Of a stretch of DNA of 64,000 nt, positions 38,079 through 50,840 are shown piece by piece (the stretch's first letter is position 1; every line of letters begins with the position of its first letter). Origin of the DNA: Octopus sinensis (Eukaryota). The translations under genes were made by a program, and so were the position numbers. Where the stretch lies: contig NC_042998.1 in the NCBI RefSeq assembly GCF_006345805.1, positions 182,590,001 to 182,654,000 of the forward strand, written 5' to 3'. The notes beneath the pieces were generated by a model that saw nothing but the letters and a program-made list of their open reading frames with translations, did no database searches and had not been told where the DNA came from.

Positions 38079-38581
38079 TAATATCGAAAAATACATTAGG
38101 AATGAGAGCCTAGGTTCGAAATTTCCCCAAGGCTGGAGGGTATATCAGCCGAAACGTTGTGTTAACAACAAACAAGATGTGGACAAATATCCGTTAAATG
38201 TAAATAATGTAAATAATGTAAATAATGTACATAATTCCTCATCTCTTAAATATAGAACTGAATAATCATGTTTCTTACACACATGCACAAAGCTGGAAAT
38301 CTGGGTGCCACGATCAATCGTTTATGGTGGTGCCCCAGCATGGCCACAGCTCGTGAGCTGAAACTAGATAAAATAAAAGTAAAAAATAACAAAATTTAAC
38401 AAAAAAACATCTTTTAATGGTTATTCCAACTGGCTGCCAAGCAAATGGGAAGCAGTAATTGAAGTAGATGGTGAATATGCTCCGGAATAAATATTTAAAG
38501 ATGTTTTTGTTAAATGTTGTTATAGTTTTGTTGAATAAAACTTATTGAAAAAAGCTGCAATAATTATATACCAACCAAATA
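37888..38581. mobile_element. Mariner-derived MITE with nested insertion
   Basis: ta-ttaggttggtgcataattattg ... caataattatataccaaccaaa-ta TIRs. Confidence 0.7.
37953..38260 (+). mobile_element. tRNA-headed SINE with (AAT)n linker and a 3' region containing a half-hammerhead
   Basis: tggcgtagtggttaag A box, gagttcgattcc B box; ggctg..cagcc GAAACGTT. Confidence 0.7.
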
Positions 38582-38758
38582 GTTGTTTAAATAGGCACAA
38601 GGACCTATTTTATCAGGTTAGATAGCTTCCTTAAAACTAACTTTTCATTCATACGATATACATACTTTATTTCAGGTAAGAATGTATATCCATAACCTGC
38701 AAGGCATGACCTCTTCTTCAACAGCATCAGAATTAATACATTATTTGGTGTATCTAAG

Positions 38759-38975
38759 GTGGTGAGCTGGCAGAAACGTCAGCACGCCAGGCGAAATGCT
38801 TAGCAGTATTTCTTTTGTCTTTACTTTCTGAGTTCAAATTCCACCAAGGTCGACTTTGCCTTTCATCCTTTCATCCTTTCGGAGTCAATAAATTAAGTAC
38901 TAGTTGCATACTGGGGTCGATCTAATCGACTGACTCTCTCTCCAAAAATTTTGGGCCTTGTGCCTAGAGTAGAAG
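38759..38975 (+). mobile_element. SINE family B
   Basis: Diverged copy. Confidence 0.78.
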
Positions 38976-39206
38976 GATTACTTGGTGTGTCTCATTAAAT
39001 ATAGATACTTTGTGAGAAATGTCAGCTTCTTGAATACTTAAATTAAAACTCTTAATGATTTGTTGGTATGCAGTATTTTGTTACACAACCATAATATACT
39101 ATAAAGGTAAGTTAAGTGTTTTTATAAGTCAATACTCTATTCTGCTGCATTAGCAGTACACTTTACATTACATATTACGGATATTCTATAGAAATTATAA
39201 CCAACA

Positions 39207-39369
39207 TGCAGGAGTGGCTGTGTAGTAAGTAGCTTGTTTACCAACCACATGGTTCTGGGTTCAGTCCCACTGGTGGCACCTTGGGCAAGTGGCTTCTGCT
39301 ATAGCCTCGGGCCCGACCAATGCCTTGTGAGTGGATTTGGTAGACAGAAACTGAAAGAAGCCTGTTGTA

Positions 39370-39420
<51 letters not shown>

Positions 39421-39651
39421 ATGTGTGTGTATATGTTTGTGTGTCTGTGTTTGTCCCCCAAGCATTGCTTGACAACCGATGCTGGTGTGTTTACGTCCCC
39501 GTCACTTAGCGGTTCGGCAAAAGAGACTGATGGAATAAGTACTGGGCTTACAAAGAATAAGTCCCGGGGTCGATTTGCTCGATTAAAGGCAGTGCTCCAG
39601 CATGGCCGCAGTCAAATGACTGAAACGAGTAAAAGAGTAAAGAGTAAGAGT
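39207..39651 (+). mobile_element. SINE family A
   Basis: Near full-length copy. Confidence 0.87.
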
Positions 39652-39754
39652 AACACTGATTTTCATTATGATGTTTTGTATCTTAAGTCTATGAAATGTT
39701 ATTTGGGACACATTAACAAGATGCAAAACGTCCATATTTATATTTACATAAATT

Positions 39755-40070
39755 TATTTATTTATGCACCCTTTTCAAGCCTAGCCAGGCTCATGGGCCC
39801 AGTTTCCCAAGTTTCTGAGGCATATGTGTTCCCCACTCAGCTGGACGGGATGCCAGTCCATCGCAGTGTTACTCAAGAAATAGGAAGAAAGAGTGTGAGA
39901 AAGTTGGGTCGAAAGAGTACAACAGGGGGTCGCCACCACCCCCTGCCAAAGCTTCGTGGAGCTTTAGGTGTTTTCGCTCAATAAACACACACAACACCTG
40001 GTCTGGGAATCGAAACTGCGATCCTCCGACTACAAGTTCGCTGCCCTAAACACTGGGCCATTGCGCCTCC
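39755..40070 (-). mobile_element. tRNA-derived SINE (distinct family)
   Basis: Minus strand ggaggcgcaatggcccagtg A box and gtttcgattccc B box. Confidence 0.65.
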
Positions 40071-40196
40071 ACATTTACATAAATGCATGGTAGGTATTTA
40101 TCTATCAATTTGGCTTTTGTCAGTAACTTTGTGTCGCCACCGCTACCATTACAATTGTCATCCCTGTCATCACTGTTGTCATCACCATCATTGTCG

Positions 40197-40237
<41 letters not shown>

Positions 40238-40328
40238 AAGCATGTTACAACATAAAGGTATTTCAAAGTAAATGTTTTTAAGGGTGTAGATCAAAACTAA
40301 TTGTGAAGTAAAGAAACAAATTAATTAC

Positions 40329-40472
40329 CGATTTCATTGCAAGTAAGTAATCACTTATAGTTTTGACTTGAAAATCATCAAATGAGTTTGAAGACTGCTT
40401 CCTTGCAATAATACACTTTCTAAATTCCTCCTTGGCAGTCATCCCACTAAAAAACGCCTTCTTTCTTAAGAG
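40329..40472 (-). CDS. Probable first coding exon (ATG at 40442: MTAKEEFRKC...LLAMKS) of a coiled-coil protein, tentatively C10orf67/DUF4709-like
   Basis: ttttcAG / GTaatt, 144 nt, open throughout; family assignment is from recalled motif spacing only. Confidence 0.72.
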
Positions 40473-40724
40473 CTGAAAATCAAAAGCACCCAATTGGTAT
40501 TTGATAATAAATGTAATGTAAGTTATTATGCAAATAAAAGCTGATATTAAATTGAAAGCAGAAACAGGCTTATCAACTCAGTGAGCTTGAATCTTATACA
40601 TGTAGCTTACCTGCTAACAAACAATAAAGCTTTTAATATCTTTATTGTATCAAATTGGTGATTATACTATCCTAATTTAATTATTGTTCATATTTAGTAT
40701 GAGCAGGTGGAAAATTACAAGCAT

Positions 40725-40936
40725 TTAACCCTTTTGTTACTGTATTTATTTTGAGATGCTCTGTGTTTATTTCAATTACTTTAAATATAACAAAGAATTT
40801 AGTAAAATAACTTAGTTATCATTAAGCTAGTGTTAGGAACATAAATTGTGACTAAGGTTTGGTGGAAGATTTTAATTCAGAACTTATGAAAACAAGACAT
40901 TTGTACTCAGAGCCAGGTTGGTAACAAAAGGGTTAA
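40725..40936. mobile_element. TTAA-flanked MITE, inverted relative to 18975-19201
   Basis: ttaacccttttgttac ... gtaacaaaagggttaa. Confidence 0.8.
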
Positions 40937-41892
40937 ACTGGTAAATTACCACCTAGCTCCAATTAATTGTTTACAGTAACAATTCTTCCCTATTCTCATT
41001 TTTAAATTAAAACCTTTGCTAAACTCAGCCTAGGTTGCCTTACTCCTTACTGTTAAGAGCAACATGCTTACAAACTACTTTCTCTTTATCAACGATTGTT
41101 CTCCTCTCAATTTTTTTCAACTGTCATGCCTCTAGTAATTATATATTTTGTTAAATTCTTCACTCTAAATGCTAAATTTTCTAGCTTCTGATGGAATCTA
41201 ATGATTACATGTCAACAATTTATGTCTGTAAGTGCTTTCATTTATAACAAACTACTTTGATTCACAGAAAATATGAACAGTACATTTATTCCCATATTAA
41301 ACTGAAAAGAGAAACAGGGTCACTAACTTGTAAACCCATATTGCTGGCCTTAAAATGTACAGAGAAAATCAATTTCTACCTGACCTAAGACAAGAAATTC
41401 TTAGACAGTGAGCAACCACTGACTTTCTATAAGGTAGTATTGTACTAAAATGTGAAAGTCAGCCAGAAAAGCACCTTTAAAATTTCCTTTTACTAAAGCT
41501 ATGATTTGCCTCAGTTCTCAGAGCTTTTAGTTCAAACTCTAGCAACATTATGAATTGGAATACCCAGTGAATTGGAAATACCAGTCAAATATTAAGTTTG
41601 ATTCCTATAAAGCTTAAGTGCAATTATAACTAAACAAAAAGATGGTTTACTTTGTCTGCTATTCTTAGAGAGTTGATAAAATAAATATCAGTGATGTATT
41701 CAAGTCAATGTAATCAGTTATAACAACTTGCTAATGTTTGTCTTTATATACAAATAAAAAATCCTTACTACAACAGAGATATTCTATATATATGTGTGTG
41801 TGTGTGTGTGTGCATATACATATATATATATATAATATACTGTTTTGGGATCAACAAAAAAAGTACTCCATCTGGCGAGGGATAAATATTAT

Positions 41893-42100
41893 TTGATAAA
41901 CACAATACATGTTTTTATGTGCTATTATTAGTTTCATGTGCTGAAAGCATGCCAAACAGTGCTTTTTAAAAATGTTTTAGTTCTTTATACCATGTCAACA
42001 GTGTCTGATAACATCATGCATCTTAAAAAAACACTATTTGGCATGCTCTCAGCACATAAAACTAATAGTAGCACATAAAAACATGTACTGTGTTTATTAA
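41893..42100. repeat. Imperfect inverted repeat, ~78-bp arms
   Basis: acatgtttttatgtgct...agcatgccaaa pairs with tttggcatgct...agcacataaaaacatgt. Confidence 0.8.
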
Positions 42101-43510
42101 GTATATATATATAAAGCAATTTCAAGGATAAAGATACCTCTTAAAAGGGATGCTAATATCCAAGCTTCCCTGGTTTAGTTTTATATATCAACAAAATTTT
42201 CAGGAGCCCAGTATCACTTAATAGTATTGGTATTTCATTATTTAATTAATAATAGACACCAATTAAGTATATTCTGGAGTTCTATGATTGAAATAAACTA
42301 TATTGAACATTTCAATATAGTTTATATTAAGGAAAAAAAATGGAGAGTTTAACTGATGTATTATTAACATATTATTATTAACATATTGTTATTGATAATT
42401 CTCTGTAAGCTACAATCAATTCCATACCTAACTCATTCAATTACAAATTAATAAATTCAAAATTAAAATGCATATTGAAAACAATGACTTAAATATTTCC
42501 TCAGGGTGAGAATTATACATAAAAAGAACATTACATCCCAATTGTTTGGGTGAACATCAACAGACTCAACATGTCAGTACTCTGCATATTAACATGTGTG
42601 TGTGTATTAATATTTTAAAATTTACTGGATTTGGTTAAAAAGAGACGATGAGCGATGGCTAGAAGTATATTGAGTTCTTCATAACCAGCTGATCTAGCAA
42701 GTGGGGCCTCATATCAGTGAGGGGAGCAGGTGCACAATGATGCCGTCGAGAGGTAGGCCCCGAAACGGCGCGCATTCTCTCCTGATGACCCCATACACTT
42801 GCTAGCTTCCGATATACGGAGCTTTTAACTGGTAGCACTTGCATGTGCAAGTTGTTTGCATGACATATACATATATGACTTATTTATTTATTTGTGATAT
42901 CAATAACAATATGCTAATAATAAATTGACATAAATATATCAGTTAAACTCTTCATTTTCTTCTTAACATAATTTAATTAGGTATATTAGACTACCCATGA
43001 CCTGTTGGGTCACCTGGAAAGTTTGAGTTTTGTTTCAGGGGTCTTTTTTTTTTCTTTTCCAGGTCATTTCACATGCTTTCAATGAATGTAACATCAAAAT
43101 CATGCATAAACAGTTCCTTTCCCCGGAAAAGGAAAGATTTGGCTGCTTTTCTTGCATGCCCTGCTACCATATAACAGGTACTTCAGGTCCTTTATCACAA
43201 ATAGCTGTTACGTGGTAGCAGGGCGTGCTAGAAATAGCAGCCAAATCTTTGGAGTTGAAATACGTTGAATGCACTTCCACATGAAAATAAAAGTGAATAA
43301 ATAGAAATTTTTTACAGAAATTAACGGCTTGAAAATAATTATAAAAAAACATTAAAATATTGTCCATTTAAAGAAAGCTAACATATAAATAATTACTGTA
43401 CAAATAACTTAAATTTTTGAGATCACATTTAGTTAAAAGTATTTCTAAATGATTAAATTAACTGAATTATTTTAGAATTTCATCATAGAAAAGAAATGTG
43501 AGTTCATATC

Positions 43511-43717
43511 CAACCCTTTAGCATTCAGATTATTCTGTCAAAAGTAATGCTTATTCATTAGCATTATTTTGACTTGACCATGCATTGTCTTATAGCTTTC
43601 AGATTTTTATGAGGTAACTGAATTTTTAGAATGATATTGTAGGGTAGGTGTGAAGGGCCATATCTGGCTAGTTTGAACATAAATTAGATATAGCTGGTTT
43701 AAATGCTAAAGGGTTAA
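43511..43717. mobile_element. MITE with AACCCTTTAGCATT termini
   Basis: aaccctttagcatt ... aatgctaaagggtt. Confidence 0.65.
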
Positions 43718-43835
43718 ATAACAAGCTCTGAGCTAGCAACGTCATTGCTTGTAAAAGAAATTAAAACTAGAAGTACCATACTTCATAAAAATCTGCTATA
43801 GCTGCAGCAATAGAAGACAAACTTATGATCCATAT

Positions 43836-44053
43836 ACTCTCTTTTACTCTTTTACTTGTTTCAGTCATTTGACTGCGGCCATGCTGGAGCACCGCCTTTA
43901 GTCGAGCAAATCGACCCCGGGACTTATTCTTTGTAAGCCCAGTACTTATTCTATCGGTCTCTTTTGCCGAACCGCTAAGTGACGGGGATGTAAACACACC
44001 AGCATCGGTTGTCAAGCAATGCTAGAGGGACAAACACAGATGCACAAACATAT

Positions 44054-44132
<79 letters not shown>

Positions 44133-44299
44133 AATACGACAGACTTCTTTCAGTTTCTGTCTACCAAATCCACTCACAAGGCTTTGGTCGGCCCGAGGCT
44201 ATAGCAGAAGACACTTTCCCAAGATGCCATGCAGTGGGACTGAACCCAGAACCATGTGGCTGGTTAGCAAGCTACTTACCACACAGCCACTCCTGCGCC
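43836..44299 (-). mobile_element. SINE family A
   Basis: Full-length copy. Confidence 0.88.
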
Positions 44300-44430
44300 T
44301 ATGTTGAGTATTTTTGATACAATTCTCCATGTTTATATCATATTTGACACTTATTCGATCACCACTAAGTCAATGTAACATAAAACACACCATTGTATTT
44401 TTATTTCCTTTCTGATTTTTTTACACTTAC

Positions 44431-44585
44431 CTTTGGTTAGACGATTTTATTTTACAAGACGATCAAAGCAATAAATTTGCTTCTTTTGTAATATGGCTGG
44501 GACTTCTAATAAATCACTATCAAAAATAGTTTCGTTTTCAGAGATGTAAATATTTTCAAAGAAAATTCAAAAGAATGTGTAATAA
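44431..44585 (-). other. Candidate 5'UTR exon
   Basis: tttcAG / AAG|GTaagt; stop codon in the frame joining the 40.4-kb exon. Confidence 0.4.
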
Positions 44586-44719
44586 CTGAAATATAAACAA
44601 GCAACAAAAGTAGGATATATATATGTTTTAAAGCAGAAAATGAGTAAAGTATATGCAATGTAATGTGATATGATAATGTGTGTATACAATTTTATACAAT
44701 AGAATGATAAACATATATA

Positions 44720-45638
44720 TGAGGTGGTATCAAAAATTCCCAGATTAGTGTAGCGCACCAACAAATAGCAGCACATAGTTGCATGTGCAGTAAGGGCTAG
44801 CAGTGACCTTCATGAAGCAGTCTGCTGAGTGACATTGCTGTGTTTACTTTGCAAGTTCTGAAATCTGTGTTTTTGTGATCATGCGTTTGCTGTAGTCTGT
44901 GGGTTTGTCATGGACAGGAAGTTGGGACAAAGAGCCAACATGAAATGTTCCATTAAACTTGGGAAGTCTTCTACAGAGACATTGAGCATGCTTTAGCAAG
45001 CAACGAAGCACTGGGTCGTACACAATGTTTTGAGTGACACAGGCACTTCAAAAGCAGAAGAATGTCTAGACAATGAACAATTGGGAAAACCTGCCTCAAT
45101 TATCACTCCCCAGAAATGTGGTATTGTGCTTCAAGAATTTATCCCTCCAGGGCCAGACTATTGATTGAGAGTTCTACTGTGATGTTTCGAAGCATTTGGA
45201 GGTGGGCATTCAGCAAAAGTGACTGGATTTGTGGAGTGTGAAAAAATGGGTTCTTTACAACTACAATGCACACTGTCACAGAGCTCTCCTCACTCAAGTT
45301 TCTCACCGAAAACATGATATTGCTTCCACATCTACCCTATTTGCCAGATTTAGCACATGCAGACATTCACCTCTTCCCCAAGATGAAAATGCAGCTCAAA
45401 AGTTACCGTTTTAATACTGTTGTCAAGTGTTTTAACACGGAGCAAATTGCAGAAAGTCCTCAACTCACAGAAAACAACTTCCAGGCTGGATTCTAAAAGT
45501 GGCATGAATGCTGGGATTGGTGTATTGTTGTGCAAAGTGACTACTTCAAAGCAGATGATGTTGAAACTTTTAGGTAAATAAGTTATTTTTTAATAACTGT
45601 AAACATAACTAGTCGAGGAACCTTTTGATGCCACCTCA
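44720..45638 (+). mobile_element. Decayed mariner transposon
   Basis: TIRs tgaggtggtatcaaaa / ttttgatgccacctca; YLPDLAHADIHLFPKMK resembles the mariner YSPDLAPxD motif. Confidence 0.82.
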
Positions 45639-46189
45639 TTATCATCATCATCATCAGTTATGATCACTTTTCCAAACTGGCATGGGTTAGGTGGTTTGAC
45701 AAAGAGAGATGAGCTAAAAGGTGGTGCCAACTTCTATGTCTGCACATTATGTGGTACCAAAACCAGTAAGGTAACAAGGCACCTGCAAGATAAGACCCCT
45801 CAACTGCGTAGGATACAGATTAGAAGGCTATGAAACTATGATAAAGGCATAGGAGTAGGTGTTATGCAGAAGAGGTGAGTATATGCTTTACAGAGAGAGA
45901 GAGGGGGAGAGAGAGAGAGAGAGAGAGAGTGTGAGGTCGAGATACAAGATAAATATGAGGTAGAAGAGGATAAAAGAACAGAAAAGGTAGATGTGTAAGT
46001 GTGCTGAGTGAAAATAATGCAACAGATGATTGGAAACAGAGAATGAGTTGGACGCAGAAGGCATAAGTGAAGGGGAAGGGAAGGAAGGAAATAGGTTAAC
46101 GTTGAAGACTGATGGGTGAAAGAAGTAGGGAAAGGCTTGATAGAACGTCAGTTCTGCTGAGATGGACAAATCTTCTCAAGCACAGTAAA

Positions 46190-46770
46190 CCAGCATTCAT
46201 TTTCATCCCTTGTCATCTCTCCTGAGAGGCCCAACATCTTGAGGTCAGTCTTCATCATTCCATCCCACATCATCCCAGGTCTTCCTCTTCCACAGGTTCC
46301 TTCTGCTTTTAGTGATCAACACTTCTTTATACAGCTAGCTTCATCCAGCCACATCACATGACTATACCAGTATCATCTTCTCTTCCATACACCACAACTG
46401 ATTCCTCTTATGTCCAATTTTTCTTGCAGTACATTTGTTCTTTGTCATATATGCACACTGACATTGCACATCCATTGGAGCATGCTAGTTTCATTTCTTT
46501 CTGGTCTTTGCCTGTCCTCTGCATTTACAGCCCAAGTTTCATAGCCATGTAGCAGAGCTGTTCACAGACAGGCATCATACAATCTACCCTTTGCTCTGAG
46601 AGAGAGCCCTTTCCTGACTAACAGAGGTAAAATTTGTCTGAACTTTTTCCAACCAGATGTTATTCTAGCAACTATACTTTCAGAGCATCCTCATCCACTG
46701 CTAATAAGGTCATCTGCTACATCTAGAGAGCCTCTGGGCATTTCAAACATCTATTTTTCATGTGCTCTAA
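46190..46770 (-). mobile_element. Decayed LINE (RTE-like) 3' fragment
   Basis: Broken RT C-terminal-like coding remnants (GRGRPGMMW). Confidence 0.45.
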
Positions 46771-47476
46771 TTATTTATTTATCTTGCACTTCTTCCACAA
46801 ACAAATTCTACTTTCTGTTAACCTTTTCATGATTCCATGCACCTCTTTTGTGTTCATAGTCTGCACTGAGTACAACAAATAATATGTAATTTCATACAAT
46901 ATAATAATGTATATTAGTATATTTTTCAAATATTTTTATTTTTCAAATTATATTTTTTATAATTTAATCTAAAAGAAAGAATGTGCCCATTGTTGTTACA
47001 GTAAGATTGTATCAGGTAATGTTCTTGAATAGCTGCAAGTTTAAAATTGCAAGAAAAATATGGACATAGATAGCTAATATTTGAAGTGATTGGACCAGGA
47101 GAGTGTGGGCTCCAGGGACAACAAAGTGGACACAATGTGGATGATCAGAAATGTAAAGCTGACAGGATTAGATGATCCTGGGTAACCAGCCAGCACCAAA
47201 GAGCAGAAGTCACCATAATAGCAGTAGAAAAGACAGATTGAGGAGATGGCACATGTGTGTGTCAGAAGTTGGAGTGTATAAGCAATTTAGTATAACATGA
47301 TGTATATGTACAATTTTTATGCAATGTGATAATATGTACACACAAACTTATATGTGATAATGTGCATAAACAATTTTATACACTTGGAGAAAGGAAAGTG
47401 GGTACTGAAATCAACAGCAGATTGGATATATGTATGTGTGTAGTGTGTTTGTGTATATGTATGCATGCGTGCGTGC

Positions 47477-47515
<39 letters not shown>

Positions 47516-48379
47516 AATATTTAATAAGGCATTCTAATTTAGTTAAAAGGCTAGAAATTTTCAGGGGAAGAGTTAGTTGGTACCATTAAGCTTTAGTACT
47601 TGACAGATATTTTATTTTATTAATCCTGAAAGGATGAAAGCCCAAATTAACCCTAGGAAGAATCATCTCTCACAAACAAAAGCAACTTGATATTGGCTTG
47701 TACCATGTTTTTGCCAAGGCAGTGCTTGCCAAAGTGGCTGGCACCATCCCAAAGAAGTGCAATATTTAGATGGATTCTGGGAACAAAACAATTGCTTGGT
47801 GGGGTGATAGTTACATCTATTAAATGCCCTAACTTTTAAAATATTTTCTTTTTATTTTGTGCATGAATCATCTGGTAATATTAATGGTCACAATGATGTT
47901 TTGACATTCCATGTAACTCTTTTTAATTGTGATCAAACTTCAACAGCAATTTTTGTGGTGTATTTAATCTTGTTCAATCATAGCAAAGGGGTATTGAAAG
48001 AGTATCAGAGAAACTAAAAGGGCAATAGTTAAAAATGTTTGACAAAGACTATTTTAAAGCATTAACAACATTGCTGCAACTGAGAACTGACCTTGCATTC
48101 GGCTTGCCTAACTCAAAGTTTGTATGTGAAAGGAATAGGACCGTGTGATATTCATGGCTTTCTGATGAGTTTTAGGGATGTCATTGAAGCAAAAAGAGCT
48201 GGTTACAAGTGGAGATCAAAACAGTTTAATACTTAGTCCACTAAAAGTTTACTTCTTTCTACTCTATTGTTGTTCAGCAATAGAATAAACTATGTACTGT
48301 GAATAATGTGAGAATGTGTGATGGACAATAGTTTGCCAGTGAATCAGGTCCTTTCCCCCACCCTACTTACAGTGTCAGT

Positions 48380-48710
48380 ACTACTGATGGTCAAGACAAT
48401 GGAATTTACTATGCTACGCCAGACTACATGGTCCATCATAGCATTACGGAGGTCCTGTTGCTGGATGCCTGTATCCCTGGAGATTACATCAGGGTAGGAG
48501 AGTGTGTGCTCTCTGGTATCGCAAGTAGATGGCTTCCAGAGGAGAAGAGTAGAAATTGCCTCGTTTTCAGCTACAACAATGTCCAGCAAACTGGACTCTC
48601 CTACCTTTTACAAGAGATGACACAGGTGGTAGTTTCCCATATATTTGCATTTTGGTCAGATGACGCTTCCACGAGAGATTTTGAGCTCTCAGTACTACTG
48701 AAATATAGCA
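48380..48710 (-). mobile_element. RTE-like LINE 3' fragment
   Basis: LLLWKP...DLRNAMMDHVVWRSIV resembles RTE C-termini. Confidence 0.55.
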
Positions 48711-49149
48711 TGCACCTCAATTTACCCTTCAGTTTTATGTAATAAATCATTATTCACATATATTCAGTTAACAGATGTTACACTCAAGAGATTCAATGCT
48801 ATATCCTTTCGATAATCTGTGATTATCATTTTGTCTGTAAGTTCCACTGGAGTAAATTTAATCTCAATTTCTTATGGCCATGTACAAAATCCTAAATATT
48901 ACAAGTTTGTGAAATAGAAAACTTTGAAAATTGTTTTAATAATTGCATGTTACTTCATATATTTTTGTGGTACTAATTCAAAGTATCAAAAAAGCTCTTT
49001 TCTATTATCATAAGTTTTCTCACAGTTTAATGATAAAATATATCATTATTTGTAGGTGAATCCACATAAAGCAACTAAAAATGAATTTGGTATTTTATTT
49101 AGCAAAATAAAATGGCACAAATGCAATTGAAAGATGAGAAAATAGATTT

Positions 49150-50840
49150 TCATAAGGGCTCCATTCTTATTTTTTTCTGGTCCAGCACATCAAAAATCTC
49201 TTCTTTTGCATTTGGAAACTATGCCTGGAGCATTTGATGGTCATTCACAATGCAACATCCAGAAGTAGTCAGCCATCATACTGGCATTTCAACTTCCCTG
49301 ATATCTTCTTTCCATCTCCTTTATGTCTTGATGAAAACTGTCCCTTTGCTCTTCACTCACATCCTCCAAATTTTTCATAAAGAGATACAAATTTGCATGT
49401 AGGAAATGAAACTTAATGCACATTTTACATCCTAAGGTCTTGAACTTTTCCAGTATTCTTCACTTGGTCTTTGTAGTTTAGATCGTTTTGATTACCCAAA
49501 AAGTTCTTCATCATATCTTTATAAACTAATCCATGCATATTTTTCAAAATCACTAACAGAGTTTTCAAAATGTTCCCCTTTGACAAGTTCCTTATTCCTG
49601 ATCCTATAAATACACCCTCTTCAACCTTGACATCTGATAAATAGAAAATTTGCTACACATATACTTGAAGCCCTCTCCATCCTTGGCAAGGCGTTTATGA
49701 ATTGCTTCATGGAGACAAGTTTTTTATGTGTAGAGGAGGCAAAAGAACCCTTTTCTGATCAGTTAAACTTTCTTGAAGGATATTCTTTGTTCCTGGTGTA
49801 AGTGTATCTCTACTTGACTATTCGTTTTTGGACCAATGGAGTTCCTCATTCTACTATCCCATTCACACAAGAAATAAGGAAACTTTCAGAAGCCTAACTG
49901 TTGTCCAAGCAACATGCAAATTATTTTCAAGTCACTGCAAATCATCCAGTAATGATCTTAGAATTTAATCTTGTGTATGAGCGAAATCAAATTTTTATGT
50001 TTCCTTCATGATCACTGAATGCTCAACAGGGATGGAAGCACATTATTACAATTCTGCAGTAGAACAGCTTTAAGACTTCTCTTTGAAGAGTCAATAAAGA
50101 GTCTCCATTCATCAGGACTGTAATTTGTGCCAAACTTTCCCATTAGTCCTGATGGATCTGTACAGTAAACCAAATAATTTTCTTGAGCAAAATAAGGAAT
50201 AAATTATTTTTTACAGTTATGATACCAATAGAATAATGTGCAAGGAATTAAAAGGGTCTTGGATTTAAGTCTGGAACCTAAAAGCTCTGATGACTCCACT
50301 GCAAGCCCCAAGTCCCTCACTAGATCATTTAATTCACACTGATTAAATAATTGAGGTTCTTCACCTTCATTGCTATGGAAGTTTTCATCATCATTCCTAT
50401 TTCTACCTTCTGACTCAGAACTCAAGCATATGTCTTCAAGGTTTCCTGATGATAATGGGATTGAAACATCTGGTCCATGAGCAACAAGTCACAAAGCAGA
50501 TGGGAGATTTGTATAAATAATGTTTTTCCCACACTTCGAATTATATCACTGCACCTTACATGAGTAAAAGTGGCGATTGTCACTGTGATTTTTAGGCTCT
50601 CCCCATATCATAGGAACCCTAAAATAAAAAGGCTTTTTTGCACATTTTTTCCATTGTCTTAGACACAAATTAAGCATGGCTTTTGAGGAGCCCACTTCTT
50701 ACTTTGACCTCCTAATTTCACACCAAAGTAGGCATATTAAGATTTTTTGACAAATACACTTACGTTTCTCAGTCATAATCATGCCACAAATTTAACAAAA
50801 GTTATCTAGAATTGTTGCACATCTTCTAGAAGTCAGCCTT
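49150..50840 (-). mobile_element. Decayed DNA transposase, probably Chapaev3/CMC-like
   Basis: Frameshifted motifs WGEPKNH, FNQCELNDLVRDLGL..SSELLGSRLK, WRLFIDSSKRSLKAVLL and LPPLHIK. Confidence 0.72.

Noticed and set aside
39373-39984. 203-aa ORF (likewise 30959..31654 and 62087..62746)
   Set aside because: Chance read-through of microsatellites and SINEs.
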